Origin: a virus | Strand: one strand, 5' to 3' | Virus record (IMG/VR): IMGVR_UViG_3300018422_000002 | Location: 1-64,000 of that record | Length of the DNA: 64,000 nt | In this document: positions 40,004 through 47,918 of the stretch, piece by piece | How positions within the stretch are numbered: position 1 is the first letter of the stretch | Layout: each line of letters begins with the position of its first letter | Notes under the pieces: generated by a model | Told to the model about the DNA's origin: nothing | The model's input: only the letters and a program-made list of their open reading frames with translations | Databases searched by the model: none | Position numbers and translations under genes: made by a program

Positions 40004-41788
40004 ATGGGCGACAAGCCCGAGGAGCTGGTGCACGTCCCGCAGGACCTCACGCTCGTCAGCGACGCGGAGCTCGAGAGCTACGGGACCCAGGCGGTTGCCG
40101 AGTTCGATCGTATCAACGCCATCGCGGACGTTACCTCCGACACCATCCAGTACGGCCTGCGACTCGCCGACGACATCGACCGCGTTCGCGCCGAGGTGGC
40201 CGCGCGTAACGCCCGCGTCGCGCAGCAGGCCGAGGCGAGCCGGGCTAAGCTGCTCAAGGATCAGGCGAACCTGCAGGCTCGCGTTCACGGTGCTGACGGC
40301 GACGCTACCGGCACGCAGACGTCGCCGGACAAGAGCGCGCCCGTCGACGTCGAGGCCATCGCCGCTGCCGCCGCGCGAGGTGTGACCTCCGCGATGGTCA
40401 ACGTGCTGGGTGACCGCGTCGCCGGTCGTGCGCTGACCCAGGTGATCGAACGTCCGTCGCTCGCCGACGCACGTCAGTTCGCACCGCAGGGCGCCGAGGC
40501 ACCGCCGGCTCGACTGTCCGTCACCGCCAGCGTCGACATCCCGGGCGTCGCACGCGGCGAGGGCGTCAACGACCTCGAGCGTATGGTCGACCTGTTCCAG
40601 CGCAAGGCCAAGTCGATGCCGGTCACCAGCGGCAACGAGAACTACCAGCTCGTAGCCTCGATCCGCAACGAGTATGAGCACACCATCGACGATCGCACCT
40701 CGCCGGCCGCCGTGGACGAGCTCATCAAGCACATTACGTCGAGCGACCGGAAGGACGCGCTGGTCGCGGGCGGCGGCTGGTGCGCCCCGTCGGAGATCCG
40801 CTACGACTTCTTCAACATCGCCTGCGAGGACGGTCTCATCGACGTGCCGACGTTCGGCGTGTCGCGTGGCGGCATCTCGTTCCCGACCTCGCCGTCGCTG
40901 GCCGACGTCTTCGGTACGACCAACCAGGCGTTCGGTGGGTTCAGCGTCTCGTTCAACAACAGCTCGATCCCGTGGCTGTGGACCGAGGCCGACGACATCG
41001 CCACCGTCACCGGTGCACCGAACAAGCCGTGCATCCGCGTCCCATGTCCTACCTTCAGCGAGGAGCGACTGGAGTGTTACGGCGTCTGCGTCACCGCCGG
41101 TAACCTCACCGACGACGCGTACCCCGAGGCCACGCGTAACTTCCTGCAGCTGATCATGTCCGCGCACGCGCACGCGATGAACGGACGACTGATCTCGCTG
41201 ATGGCGGCGCGGTCGACGGCGTCCATCGACACCGGTGGGTTCGCCGTGACCGGACAGCCGGTCTACCAGCAGGTGTACGGCGGTCTGTCGCTCGCGGCTA
41301 CCGACTACCGCGCCCGCTACGGCATGTGTCAGGACGACGTCCTCGAGGCGGTCGCGCCCTTCTGGGTCAAGGACACCATCAAGGCCGACCTCGCGTGGCG
41401 CAACGGCGTCGAGGTGCGACAGATCTCGGACGCCGAGGTCAACCAGCACTTCGCCGCGCTGAACATCCGCGTCCAGTGGGTCAACGACTGGCAGGTGCGC
41501 GGCGCCGGTCAGTTCGGTAACGCGACCGCGATGACCGCGTGGCCGACCTCCGCGATCTTCATGCTGTACGCCGCCGGTACGTTCATCCAGGGTAACGGCC
41601 TCGACCTGAACCTGGGCGTCGTCCGTGACAGCGTGCTCAACGCCGAGAACGACCACACCGCCGCCTGGTCCGAGGAGTGTCACCTGATCGCCCGCGTCGG
41701 CCACGAGTCGCGCAGGTACACGATCAACTTCTGCGTCAACGGTAAGACCGGTGCGCAGCTCGCCTCGACCAGTGGTTGCAACCTGTAG
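40004..41788 (+). CDS. major capsid protein (with N-terminal coiled-coil delta/scaffold-like region)
   Basis: 594 aa. AGGAGG upstream. GGGWCAPSE motif. Position after the protease. Confidence 0.8.
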   Translation: MGDKPEELVHVPQDLTLVSDAELESYGTQAVAEFDRINAIADVTSDTIQYGLRLADDIDRVRAEVAARNARVAQQAEASRAKLLKDQANLQARVHGADGDATGTQTSPDKSAPVDVEAIAAAAARGVTSAMVNVLGDRVAGRALTQVIERPSLADARQFAPQGAEAPPARLSVTASVDIPGVARGEGVNDLERMVDLFQRKAKSMPVTSGNENYQLVASIRNEYEHTIDDRTSPAAVDELIKHITSSDRKDALVAGGGWCAPSEIRYDFFNIACEDGLIDVPTFGVSRGGISFPTSPSLADVFGTTNQAFGGFSVSFNNSSIPWLWTEADDIATVTGAPNKPCIRVPCPTFSEERLECYGVCVTAGNLTDDAYPEATRNFLQLIMSAHAHAMNGRLISLMAARSTASIDTGGFAVTGQPVYQQVYGGLSLAATDYRARYGMCQDDVLEAVAPFWVKDTIKADLAWRNGVEVRQISDAEVNQHFAALNIRVQWVNDWQVRGAGQFGNATAMTAWPTSAIFMLYAAGTFIQGNGLDLNLGVVRDSVLNAENDHTAAWSEECHLIARVGHESRRYTINFCVNGKTGAQLASTSGCNL

Positions 41789-41834
41789 TCGGTAACGTCC
41801 TCGACATAGCTACAGCCTGAAGGAGGTGACGTAG

Positions 41835-42761
41835 GTGGCCGGACCTCGGCAGCTCGTCGACGCACCTACGTTCACCCCCTCCCGGTACGGACTGTTGAGC
41901 GTCGTCCAGCGGCCTGATGTGACGTCGCCACACTGGCAGAACGGCGTCACCTGGGACTCACACTGTCCCGAGAACATGGGCGACACGACGTACGACGAGT
42001 GCATCGCCACGACCGGTGCGCCCGAGGGCGCTGTGCCGGAACCCTCGGCTAAGACCGCGAACGTCGAACGCTCGCACCGTGGTGCGACGCCGTTCACGGC
42101 GTATACGCGATTCGACTGCTCGCCGGTCGGCAACGAGGAGGCTCAACGGATCGCTACGGCCGCGCTCTCGCAGGTCGAGGAGTGGCAGGTCGAGTACACG
42201 TTCTGGACCGGTCTCGTCGACGATCGAACGCTGGCGTTTCCCCACTTGGCGTCGACGACGACGGTACTGGACAACGACGGGATCATACTTCAGCCCACGA
42301 CGTCCACGGCCGTGACCGGGGTGGCGGTCGACGTCGCCACCGGACTCGGTCGACTGGAGAAGGCGCTCGCGGACTGCTACGGCGGACGCGGCGTGATCCA
42401 CGTACCGATCGAGGCGCTGCCCACGCTGGTGGCGTACGAGCTCGTCGAGCAGGTCGGCGGACGTGACGTTGGTTCGGGGCAGTTCGGTCGACAACTTCAG
42501 ACGAAGGCGGGCAACCTCGTCGCCGTCGGTGCCGGCTACCCGGGTACCGGACCGGACGGCATCGATCCCGGTACCACGACCACGTGGTTGTACGGCACCG
42601 GACCTGTGTTTATGTACCGCTCGGACGTCTTCGTCGCACCGTTTACGTCGGCACTCGACCGCACCAACAACACGGTACAAATGATCGCGGAGCGCACCTA
42701 CGTGCTGGGGTTCGACTGCTGCCTACACGCGGTGCAGGTCGAGCTCGGCGTACCCAGCTAA
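41835..42761 (+). CDS. second capsid-like (HK97-fold-like) structural protein
   Basis: 308 aa. AAGGAGG upstream. The C-terminus NNTVQMIAERTYVLGFD resembles HK97-type capsid C-termini. Confidence 0.5.
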   Translation: MAGPRQLVDAPTFTPSRYGLLSVVQRPDVTSPHWQNGVTWDSHCPENMGDTTYDECIATTGAPEGAVPEPSAKTANVERSHRGATPFTAYTRFDCSPVGNEEAQRIATAALSQVEEWQVEYTFWTGLVDDRTLAFPHLASTTTVLDNDGIILQPTTSTAVTGVAVDVATGLGRLEKALADCYGGRGVIHVPIEALPTLVAYELVEQVGGRDVGSGQFGRQLQTKAGNLVAVGAGYPGTGPDGIDPGTTTTWLYGTGPVFMYRSDVFVAPFTSALDRTNNTVQMIAERTYVLGFDCCLHAVQVELGVPS

Positions 42762-42781
42762 CCTTGATAGGGAGTTAAGTT

Positions 42782-43453
42782 ATGGCCATCTGCGCGGCCC
42801 CCATCAAGGGATCGCACCTGAGGATCGTCGCGGTCGACGACTGCGGGGTTCCCGTCACCGGGGCCGGATCGTTGACCGTCGTCACCAAGGGCTTCGTCCA
42901 GGTGGTCAGCGAGCCGGACTACGAGGACGGCGAGGAGTTCGTCGAACGGAACGCGGACGGTGAGCTCTGCGTCAACCAGAAGGATCGACCGTCGCTGAAG
43001 CGCTTCGCGCTGACCGTCGACTGGTGTGAGGTCGACCCCGTACTCGCCGCGTACGTCATGTCCGCGCGCCTGCTGGACACCGCGTCGCCGGCCGTCACCG
43101 GTACCGGCTGGGCGATGTCCGAGGGCGAGCCGGACAACAAGTTCTCCATGGAGGTCTGGCAGCGCGTCGCCGGCTCCGGCGCGTGCGATCCGTCCGGCGT
43201 CCAGCGGTACATCTACAACGCGTGGCCTCACGTCGGCAACACGCAGGTCGGCTCGTACACGATCGAGAACGCCCGGTCCACGCTTCAGTTCATCGCAGAG
43301 ACGTTCCCCGCGTCCGCGACGTGGGGCGACGGTCCGGGAACGACGTCGTGGTTGCCGGTAGGTACGCTCATCGAGGACACCGAGCACTGGGCCTGGAACA
43401 TTACCACCGAGCCACCGCCTACCCCGGCGTGCGGCCCGACCACGCTGACGTAG
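42782..43453 (+). CDS. virion structural protein (role unknown)
   Basis: 223-aa ORF in the head/tail module. GGGAG upstream. Confidence 0.6.
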   Translation: MAICAAPIKGSHLRIVAVDDCGVPVTGAGSLTVVTKGFVQVVSEPDYEDGEEFVERNADGELCVNQKDRPSLKRFALTVDWCEVDPVLAAYVMSARLLDTASPAVTGTGWAMSEGEPDNKFSMEVWQRVAGSGACDPSGVQRYIYNAWPHVGNTQVGSYTIENARSTLQFIAETFPASATWGDGPGTTSWLPVGTLIEDTEHWAWNITTEPPPTPACGPTTLT

Positions 43454-43460
43454 GAACATT

Positions 43461-43721
43461 ATGCCAGAAGCGATCGGAATCACAGCTAGCGCTGGCACCG
43501 CAGCAGGCGGAATTACCGTTAGACCACCTAACGTTGTGCTTACTAACGTTGATGCGTTTAACACGTTCTACGTTGGCTTTGCTGACACAGTTACAGTGGG
43601 AAATGGTTTTCCCGTACGACCCGGTGACACGATTCATTTTAACGTATCACAAGAACAAACTATATGGGTGATTGCCGCTACCACCGTGATAATTCGCGGC
43701 ATTACATATGCTGAGGAGTAG
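43461..43721 (+). CDS. hypothetical protein encoded in a low-GC island
   Basis: 86 aa. Codon usage is visibly A/T-richer than that of the neighbouring genes. Confidence 0.6.
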   Translation: MPEAIGITASAGTAAGGITVRPPNVVLTNVDAFNTFYVGFADTVTVGNGFPVRPGDTIHFNVSQEQTIWVIAATTVIIRGITYAEE

Positions 43722-43723
43722 GC

Positions 43724-44089
43724 GTGGCCGTAGGTTGGTCATCTACAGCAGGTAATGCTGCGTTAACGACCTTAATTGGTGATTACGACTGGGTGCAGCT
43801 ACACGTCGGCGACCCGGGCGCGAACGGCACGGCCAACGTCGCCGTCGAGACCGACCGGGTCCAGGTGACGTGGGGCTCGGTCGCGGCCGGTGCGGTCTCG
43901 AACTCGGCGCTGCTTCAGTGGCTGACCGTCGCCGGAAGTGAGGACTTTACGCACTTCTCGGTCTGGACCGCGTCGTCGGCCGGCACGTTTGGGTTCAGCG
44001 GCACGATCACCGCCAACGCCGTCGTGGCTGGCGACACGTTCACGATCCCGACGGGAGACCTCGACGTCTCACTAGCGCTCGCGGCGTAG
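43724..44089 (+). CDS. structural-module protein with LHVGDPGANGTAN motif
   Basis: 121 aa. GAGGAG upstream. Confidence 0.6.
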   Translation: MAVGWSSTAGNAALTTLIGDYDWVQLHVGDPGANGTANVAVETDRVQVTWGSVAAGAVSNSALLQWLTVAGSEDFTHFSVWTASSAGTFGFSGTITANAVVAGDTFTIPTGDLDVSLALAA

Positions 44090-44100
44090 GGAGGCGGATC

Positions 44101-45078
44101 GTGGCCGTCCGCTTCGACCTCGCGACCGACCGGATCTCGCTGCTGACGGCGATCCCGGACCCGGCGGCCGGAATCACGATCGCCGGTTGGGCCTACGTGT
44201 CCGTGGACACGAACAACAACGCGGTGTTCGTCCGGGTTCACGCGTCCGACGGGGCGTCGACGACACTCAACTTCGCGACGGAGTCCGACGGGCTGGCTGG
44301 TCCCGGCTACTTCACCGGTGGCGGCTCGCTCGTCGCGGCGACGGGCATGGCCGTCGGTGCGTGGCGCAAGGTCGCGATCACGTGCACCGGAACGACCGGG
44401 ACCCTCTACGTCGCCACACCGGGTGGTGCTACCGAGGTAGACGGCGGCACGGTCGGTGGTGCGGCGTCCCCGACCGGTCTAACGTTCGGCGCACGTGCGC
44501 ACAACGACGGCGACGAGCCGTTGAACGGACGGCTCGCGTACTGGCGTCTGTGGTCGGCCGTGCTCACGCAGACGCAGGTCGAGGCCGAGTGGCTGTCGAC
44601 CACGCCGGTCATCACGGCGAACCTGTGGGCGGACTGGCCGCTGTCGTCCGCCGCTGACCTGATCGACCACTCGGGCAACGGACGTGACCTGAGCGCCGGT
44701 TCGACGTCCGTCACGACCGAGGACGGACCTCCGCTGGCGGCCGAGGTGACCGGAACCGCGCAGGCGACGCTCGGTGCGTTGACCGGAATCGCGACCGGCG
44801 TGCGCGTCATCACCTCGGTGATGGTCGGACAGCTCGGCGCGCTGACCGCGACCGGTAACGGTACGCGGACGGTCGTCGGTACGTCCGTAGCCAGTCTAGG
44901 AGCGCTGGTCGGTACGGCGGTCGGCAGTCGCGCGACCACCGGAACCGCCGTCGCGTCGCTCGGACAGCTACGAGCTACGATCACGTTGGCGGCGCCACTT
45001 CCGCCGACCCGACTGCGTGCGTCTGGTCGTGAACCACGCCACCGCGTCGCCGGTCGTGAGCCTAGGAGTGTGATCTAG
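44101..45078 (+). CDS. LamG/concanavalin-like domain protein with C-terminal LGAL repeats
   Basis: GRLAYWRLWSAVLTQTQVEAEW resembles Laminin_G_3. Four ~17-21-aa repeats span aa 215-296. Confidence 0.6.
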   Translation: MAVRFDLATDRISLLTAIPDPAAGITIAGWAYVSVDTNNNAVFVRVHASDGASTTLNFATESDGLAGPGYFTGGGSLVAATGMAVGAWRKVAITCTGTTGTLYVATPGGATEVDGGTVGGAASPTGLTFGARAHNDGDEPLNGRLAYWRLWSAVLTQTQVEAEWLSTTPVITANLWADWPLSSAADLIDHSGNGRDLSAGSTSVTTEDGPPLAAEVTGTAQATLGALTGIATGVRVITSVMVGQLGALTATGNGTRTVVGTSVASLGALVGTAVGSRATTGTAVASLGQLRATITLAAPLPPTRLRASGREPRHRVAGREPRSVI

Positions 45079-45428
45079 TGAGGTCGACCGTCGCACTGGG
45101 CTCGTTCGTCGTCGGTGAGGTCCCTCCTCCGCTGGAGTACCAGTTCCTCGACGCGGACGGTGTGGCAATCGACCTCACCGGATTCACCACGGTGACGTTT
45201 CAGTGGAGCGAGGTCGTCCAGGGGCAGTTCGTCTCGCCGGTCGTCGAGACCGGTTCGGTCACCGACGCCGTCAACGGTAAGGTCACGTACGTCTGGGACG
45301 GTGACGAGTTCGACGCGCCCGGCGAGTACGCCGCGTTGTTCTACGTCAACGACGGGACCACGCAGTACGCGTCGATCCTAATCACGTGGCACGTCTGTCT
45401 CTCCATCGGGACACCTCCCGACGTGTAG
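45078..45428 (+). CDS. Ig-like (BppU_N-like) domain protein
   Basis: 116 aa. Pattern DLTGFTTVTFQW...GKVTYVW...GEY. Confidence 0.5.
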   Translation: MRSTVALGSFVVGEVPPPLEYQFLDADGVAIDLTGFTTVTFQWSEVVQGQFVSPVVETGSVTDAVNGKVTYVWDGDEFDAPGEYAALFYVNDGTTQYASILITWHVCLSIGTPPDV

Positions 45429-45456
45429 CCGCTACGCTGGTCTCGGAGGTTACACG

Positions 45457-46248
45457 ATGGTGTCAACGTATGGACCGTGCGAAAACTGGTCCGTCCGCTG
45501 GGTCTGTGACGTGTCCTGCGAGTCGCCTACCGTCACCGGCGAGGCCGTCACCCTGGCCACCGAGGTCGTCTGGGCACTCTCCGGCCGACAGTTCGGCCTA
45601 TGCACCGTGACGCTGCGACCGTGTCGCCGCGAGTGCAACGACGTACCGTGGCCGTCCGGCAGCTACCCGCAGTGGGCCGGCACCAGTTGGATCAGTCCGT
45701 CGCTCATCAACGGGGCGTGGTTCAACGTCGTCTGCGGACGCTGTACGACCGGGTGCTCGTGCTCGTCGATCTCCGAGGTGCTGCTGCCCGCGCCGGTGCA
45801 CAGCATCGTCGAGGTTAAGATCGACGGCGTCGTCGTGTCCGGCGGTGAGTACCGACTCGACGACAACCGACTCCTGGTCCTCCTCAACGGCGAGTGGCCG
45901 ACCTGCAACGACCTAAACCTAGCGGACACTGAACCCAACACGTGGTCGATCACGGCACGCTACGGCCTCGAGGTACCGGAGGGCGGCGCGTGGGCCGTCG
46001 GTGAGCTCGCCTGCGAGTTGATCCGCGCACGAAACGGCGAGGACTGTCGCCTACCACGTAACGTCACACAGCTCGTTCGACAGGGTGTCACGATCCAGTT
46101 CCCCAACGTCATTGAGCTGATCCGGGAGGGACTGACCGGTCTATACCTGGTCGACCAGTTCATCTCGACCTGGAACCCGTCTGGTCTAAAGCGTCGCTCT
46201 GGCGTGTACAGCGTCGATCATCCACCGCACCGAAGGGCGGGGTCGTAG
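45457..46248 (+). CDS. Cys-rich head-tail connector-like protein
   Basis: 263 aa. Call rests on position. Contains CENWSVRWVCDVSCE...ALSGRQFGLCTVTLRPC. Confidence 0.5.
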   Translation: MVSTYGPCENWSVRWVCDVSCESPTVTGEAVTLATEVVWALSGRQFGLCTVTLRPCRRECNDVPWPSGSYPQWAGTSWISPSLINGAWFNVVCGRCTTGCSCSSISEVLLPAPVHSIVEVKIDGVVVSGGEYRLDDNRLLVLLNGEWPTCNDLNLADTEPNTWSITARYGLEVPEGGAWAVGELACELIRARNGEDCRLPRNVTQLVRQGVTIQFPNVIELIREGLTGLYLVDQFISTWNPSGLKRRSGVYSVDHPPHRRAGS

Positions 46249-46781
46249 TGGTGCAGCTTCGTGGGCCTACCGGCTTCTATCAGGTGGCGCAGCTGCTGGT
46301 AACCGAGGTCGAGGCCGCGCTCGCCGTCAGCCTCGGCGGACCCGTCGAGCGTGCCTGCGTGGTTCCCGGTGAGATCGTCTGGGACGGCTGCAACTGCGGC
46401 CTGCTGGCCGTGTCCGTGCGTCGTTGGTTCGTAACGGACAGCTTTCCGGAGGGATCCGTCGGCATCGGCAACAGCGCCACGATACGTGCGACCCCGTGCG
46501 ACATGCCGTGGCTTGTCGGTGAGTTGCGCCTGCAGGTCGTCCGGTGCGCGCCGATCCCCGAGGGCAACGCGATCAGCGTCCCGTGCTCTGAGCTGGACGC
46601 GAGCGCGCAGGTGCTGCTGTCGGACGCCTACGTGGTGCTCACCGAGACCGTCTCGACGCTGTGCGCGCTCCGCGAGACGGATCAGATCATCGACTACGTC
46701 CTCGGTGACCAGGAGACCCAGGGGCCCGCGGGCGACTGCGTCGGCAGCGAGCTGCTGGCGCAGGTCGGACTGATGAGGTAA
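46248..46781 (+). CDS. head-tail connector-like protein
   Basis: 177 aa. Contains VPGEIVWDGCNCGLLAV. Call rests on position. Confidence 0.5.
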   Translation: MVQLRGPTGFYQVAQLLVTEVEAALAVSLGGPVERACVVPGEIVWDGCNCGLLAVSVRRWFVTDSFPEGSVGIGNSATIRATPCDMPWLVGELRLQVVRCAPIPEGNAISVPCSELDASAQVLLSDAYVVLTETVSTLCALRETDQIIDYVLGDQETQGPAGDCVGSELLAQVGLMR

Positions 46782-46783
46782 CC

Positions 46784-47185
46784 GTGGCCGTCAGCATTCG
46801 CATCGACGTCAACAACCGACTGATCAACCGACTCCTACGCAGTCCCGCCGGTCCGTTGGCGCGCAACATGCTGACGCGCGGCAACCGCGTTCGACGTGAG
46901 GCACGTCGTCGGATCAACTCGCAGAGCGGGGCGCTTGCGCGGTCGATCACCGTGGACGTCGTCGTCGAGAACGGCGGTGCCGGCGTACGCGTCGGCACGT
47001 CGCTACACTACGCGCGCTACGTGCACGACGGTACGGGCATCTACGGACCTCGGCACCGACCGATCAAGCCGACGCGTAAGAAGGCGCTCGCGTTCTCGGC
47101 GGGAGCCGACACGGTGATCGTCGCCAGCTCGCCCGGCCAGCGGGGCACGCAGTTCCTACGTGAGGCGCTCAGCGCGGCCGGGTAG
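46784..47185 (+). CDS. HK97 gp10-like head-tail joining protein
   Basis: 133 aa. SGALARSITVDVV...VGTSLHYARYVHDGTG resembles the HK97 gp10 family. Confidence 0.6.
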   Translation: MAVSIRIDVNNRLINRLLRSPAGPLARNMLTRGNRVRREARRRINSQSGALARSITVDVVVENGGAGVRVGTSLHYARYVHDGTGIYGPRHRPIKPTRKKALAFSAGADTVIVASSPGQRGTQFLREALSAAG

Positions 47186-47229
47186 GACACTAAGTAGGTT
47201 AGACCACCTCGACCGGTTACGCTAACTAC

Positions 47230-47649
47230 GTGACTGAACCTACGGCAACCGTCGCCGTCGATGATGAGATCATGGACTTCTCGTCGCCGCGCCGTTCCCT
47301 CAAGTTTCGTGTAGACGAGGACGTCTTTGAGGCCGCACCTGACATTGCCGCCGAGCTGATGCTGAGGTACGCCGACATGGTCGAGCGACTCAGCGGCGAC
47401 GACGCTACCAACGAACAGCAGAAGGAGATCATCCACGCGCTGTTCCGCATGGTGTTGTTCCCGGACTCCGCCGAGCGGTTCATTAAGCGGCTGAGCGATC
47501 AGCGTCATCCGATCGGTCAGGTGAAGATCGCTAAGATCACACGTTGGTTGTTCGAGGAGTACGGGCTCCGCCCTACCGAATCGGACTCAGTATCCTTCAC
47601 TGGGTCCGAGAACCGGGACGCTGGCACGAGCTTGACGGTGAGTACCTAG
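47230..47649 (+). CDS. tail assembly chaperone (G-like)
   Basis: 139 aa, immediately upstream of the tape measure gene. Confidence 0.6.
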   Translation: MTEPTATVAVDDEIMDFSSPRRSLKFRVDEDVFEAAPDIAAELMLRYADMVERLSGDDATNEQQKEIIHALFRMVLFPDSAERFIKRLSDQRHPIGQVKIAKITRWLFEEYGLRPTESDSVSFTGSENRDAGTSLTVST

Positions 47650-47918
47650 GACGAGGGGTTGACCTTCGGACGCTGGCGTTCGATCGATTTCTTAACGTGA
47701 TGTACTACGAGATGACACGGCGACTGGAGCACGACGAGAAGAACCCACGTCGACCACGGCGGGAGCTTGATCAGAAGCTGGAGGTAGGAGCCTGGCAGCT
47801 GCCGGGGGGCGCGTACCGTCGACGTCGAGAGACGTCGAACGCACCTACGTGGTGGCGAGGTGATGAGGACGCTTCGCAGACGTTCCTCCACGCGATGGGA
47901 GTAGTGAGTCTAACGTGA
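47544..47918 (+). CDS. tail assembly chaperone -1 frame extension (T-like)
   Basis: Overlaps 47230..47649 by 106 nt in the -1 frame. Ends in a GTGA overlap with the tape measure gene. No canonical slippery heptamer seen. Confidence 0.5.
   Translation: MVVRGVRAPPYRIGLSILHWVREPGRWHELDGEYLGRGVDLRTLAFDRFLNVMYYEMTRRLEHDEKNPRRPRRELDQKLEVGAWQLPGGAYRRRRETSNAPTWWRGDEDASQTFLHAMGVVSLT

Noticed and set aside
39962-41704. 580-aa ORF on the minus strand
   Set aside because: It lies antisense to the well-supported major capsid gene. Its composition is R/G/D/V-rich and low-complexity, which is typical of mirror-frame ORFs in GC-rich DNA. It has no RBS.
47544-47649. Canonical -1 slippery heptamer (X XXY YYZ) in the chaperone overlap
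   Set aside because: I read the zero frame codon by codon and found none. GGGGGGC at ~47804 lies outside the overlap. The frameshift is therefore left as an inference from gene arrangement.
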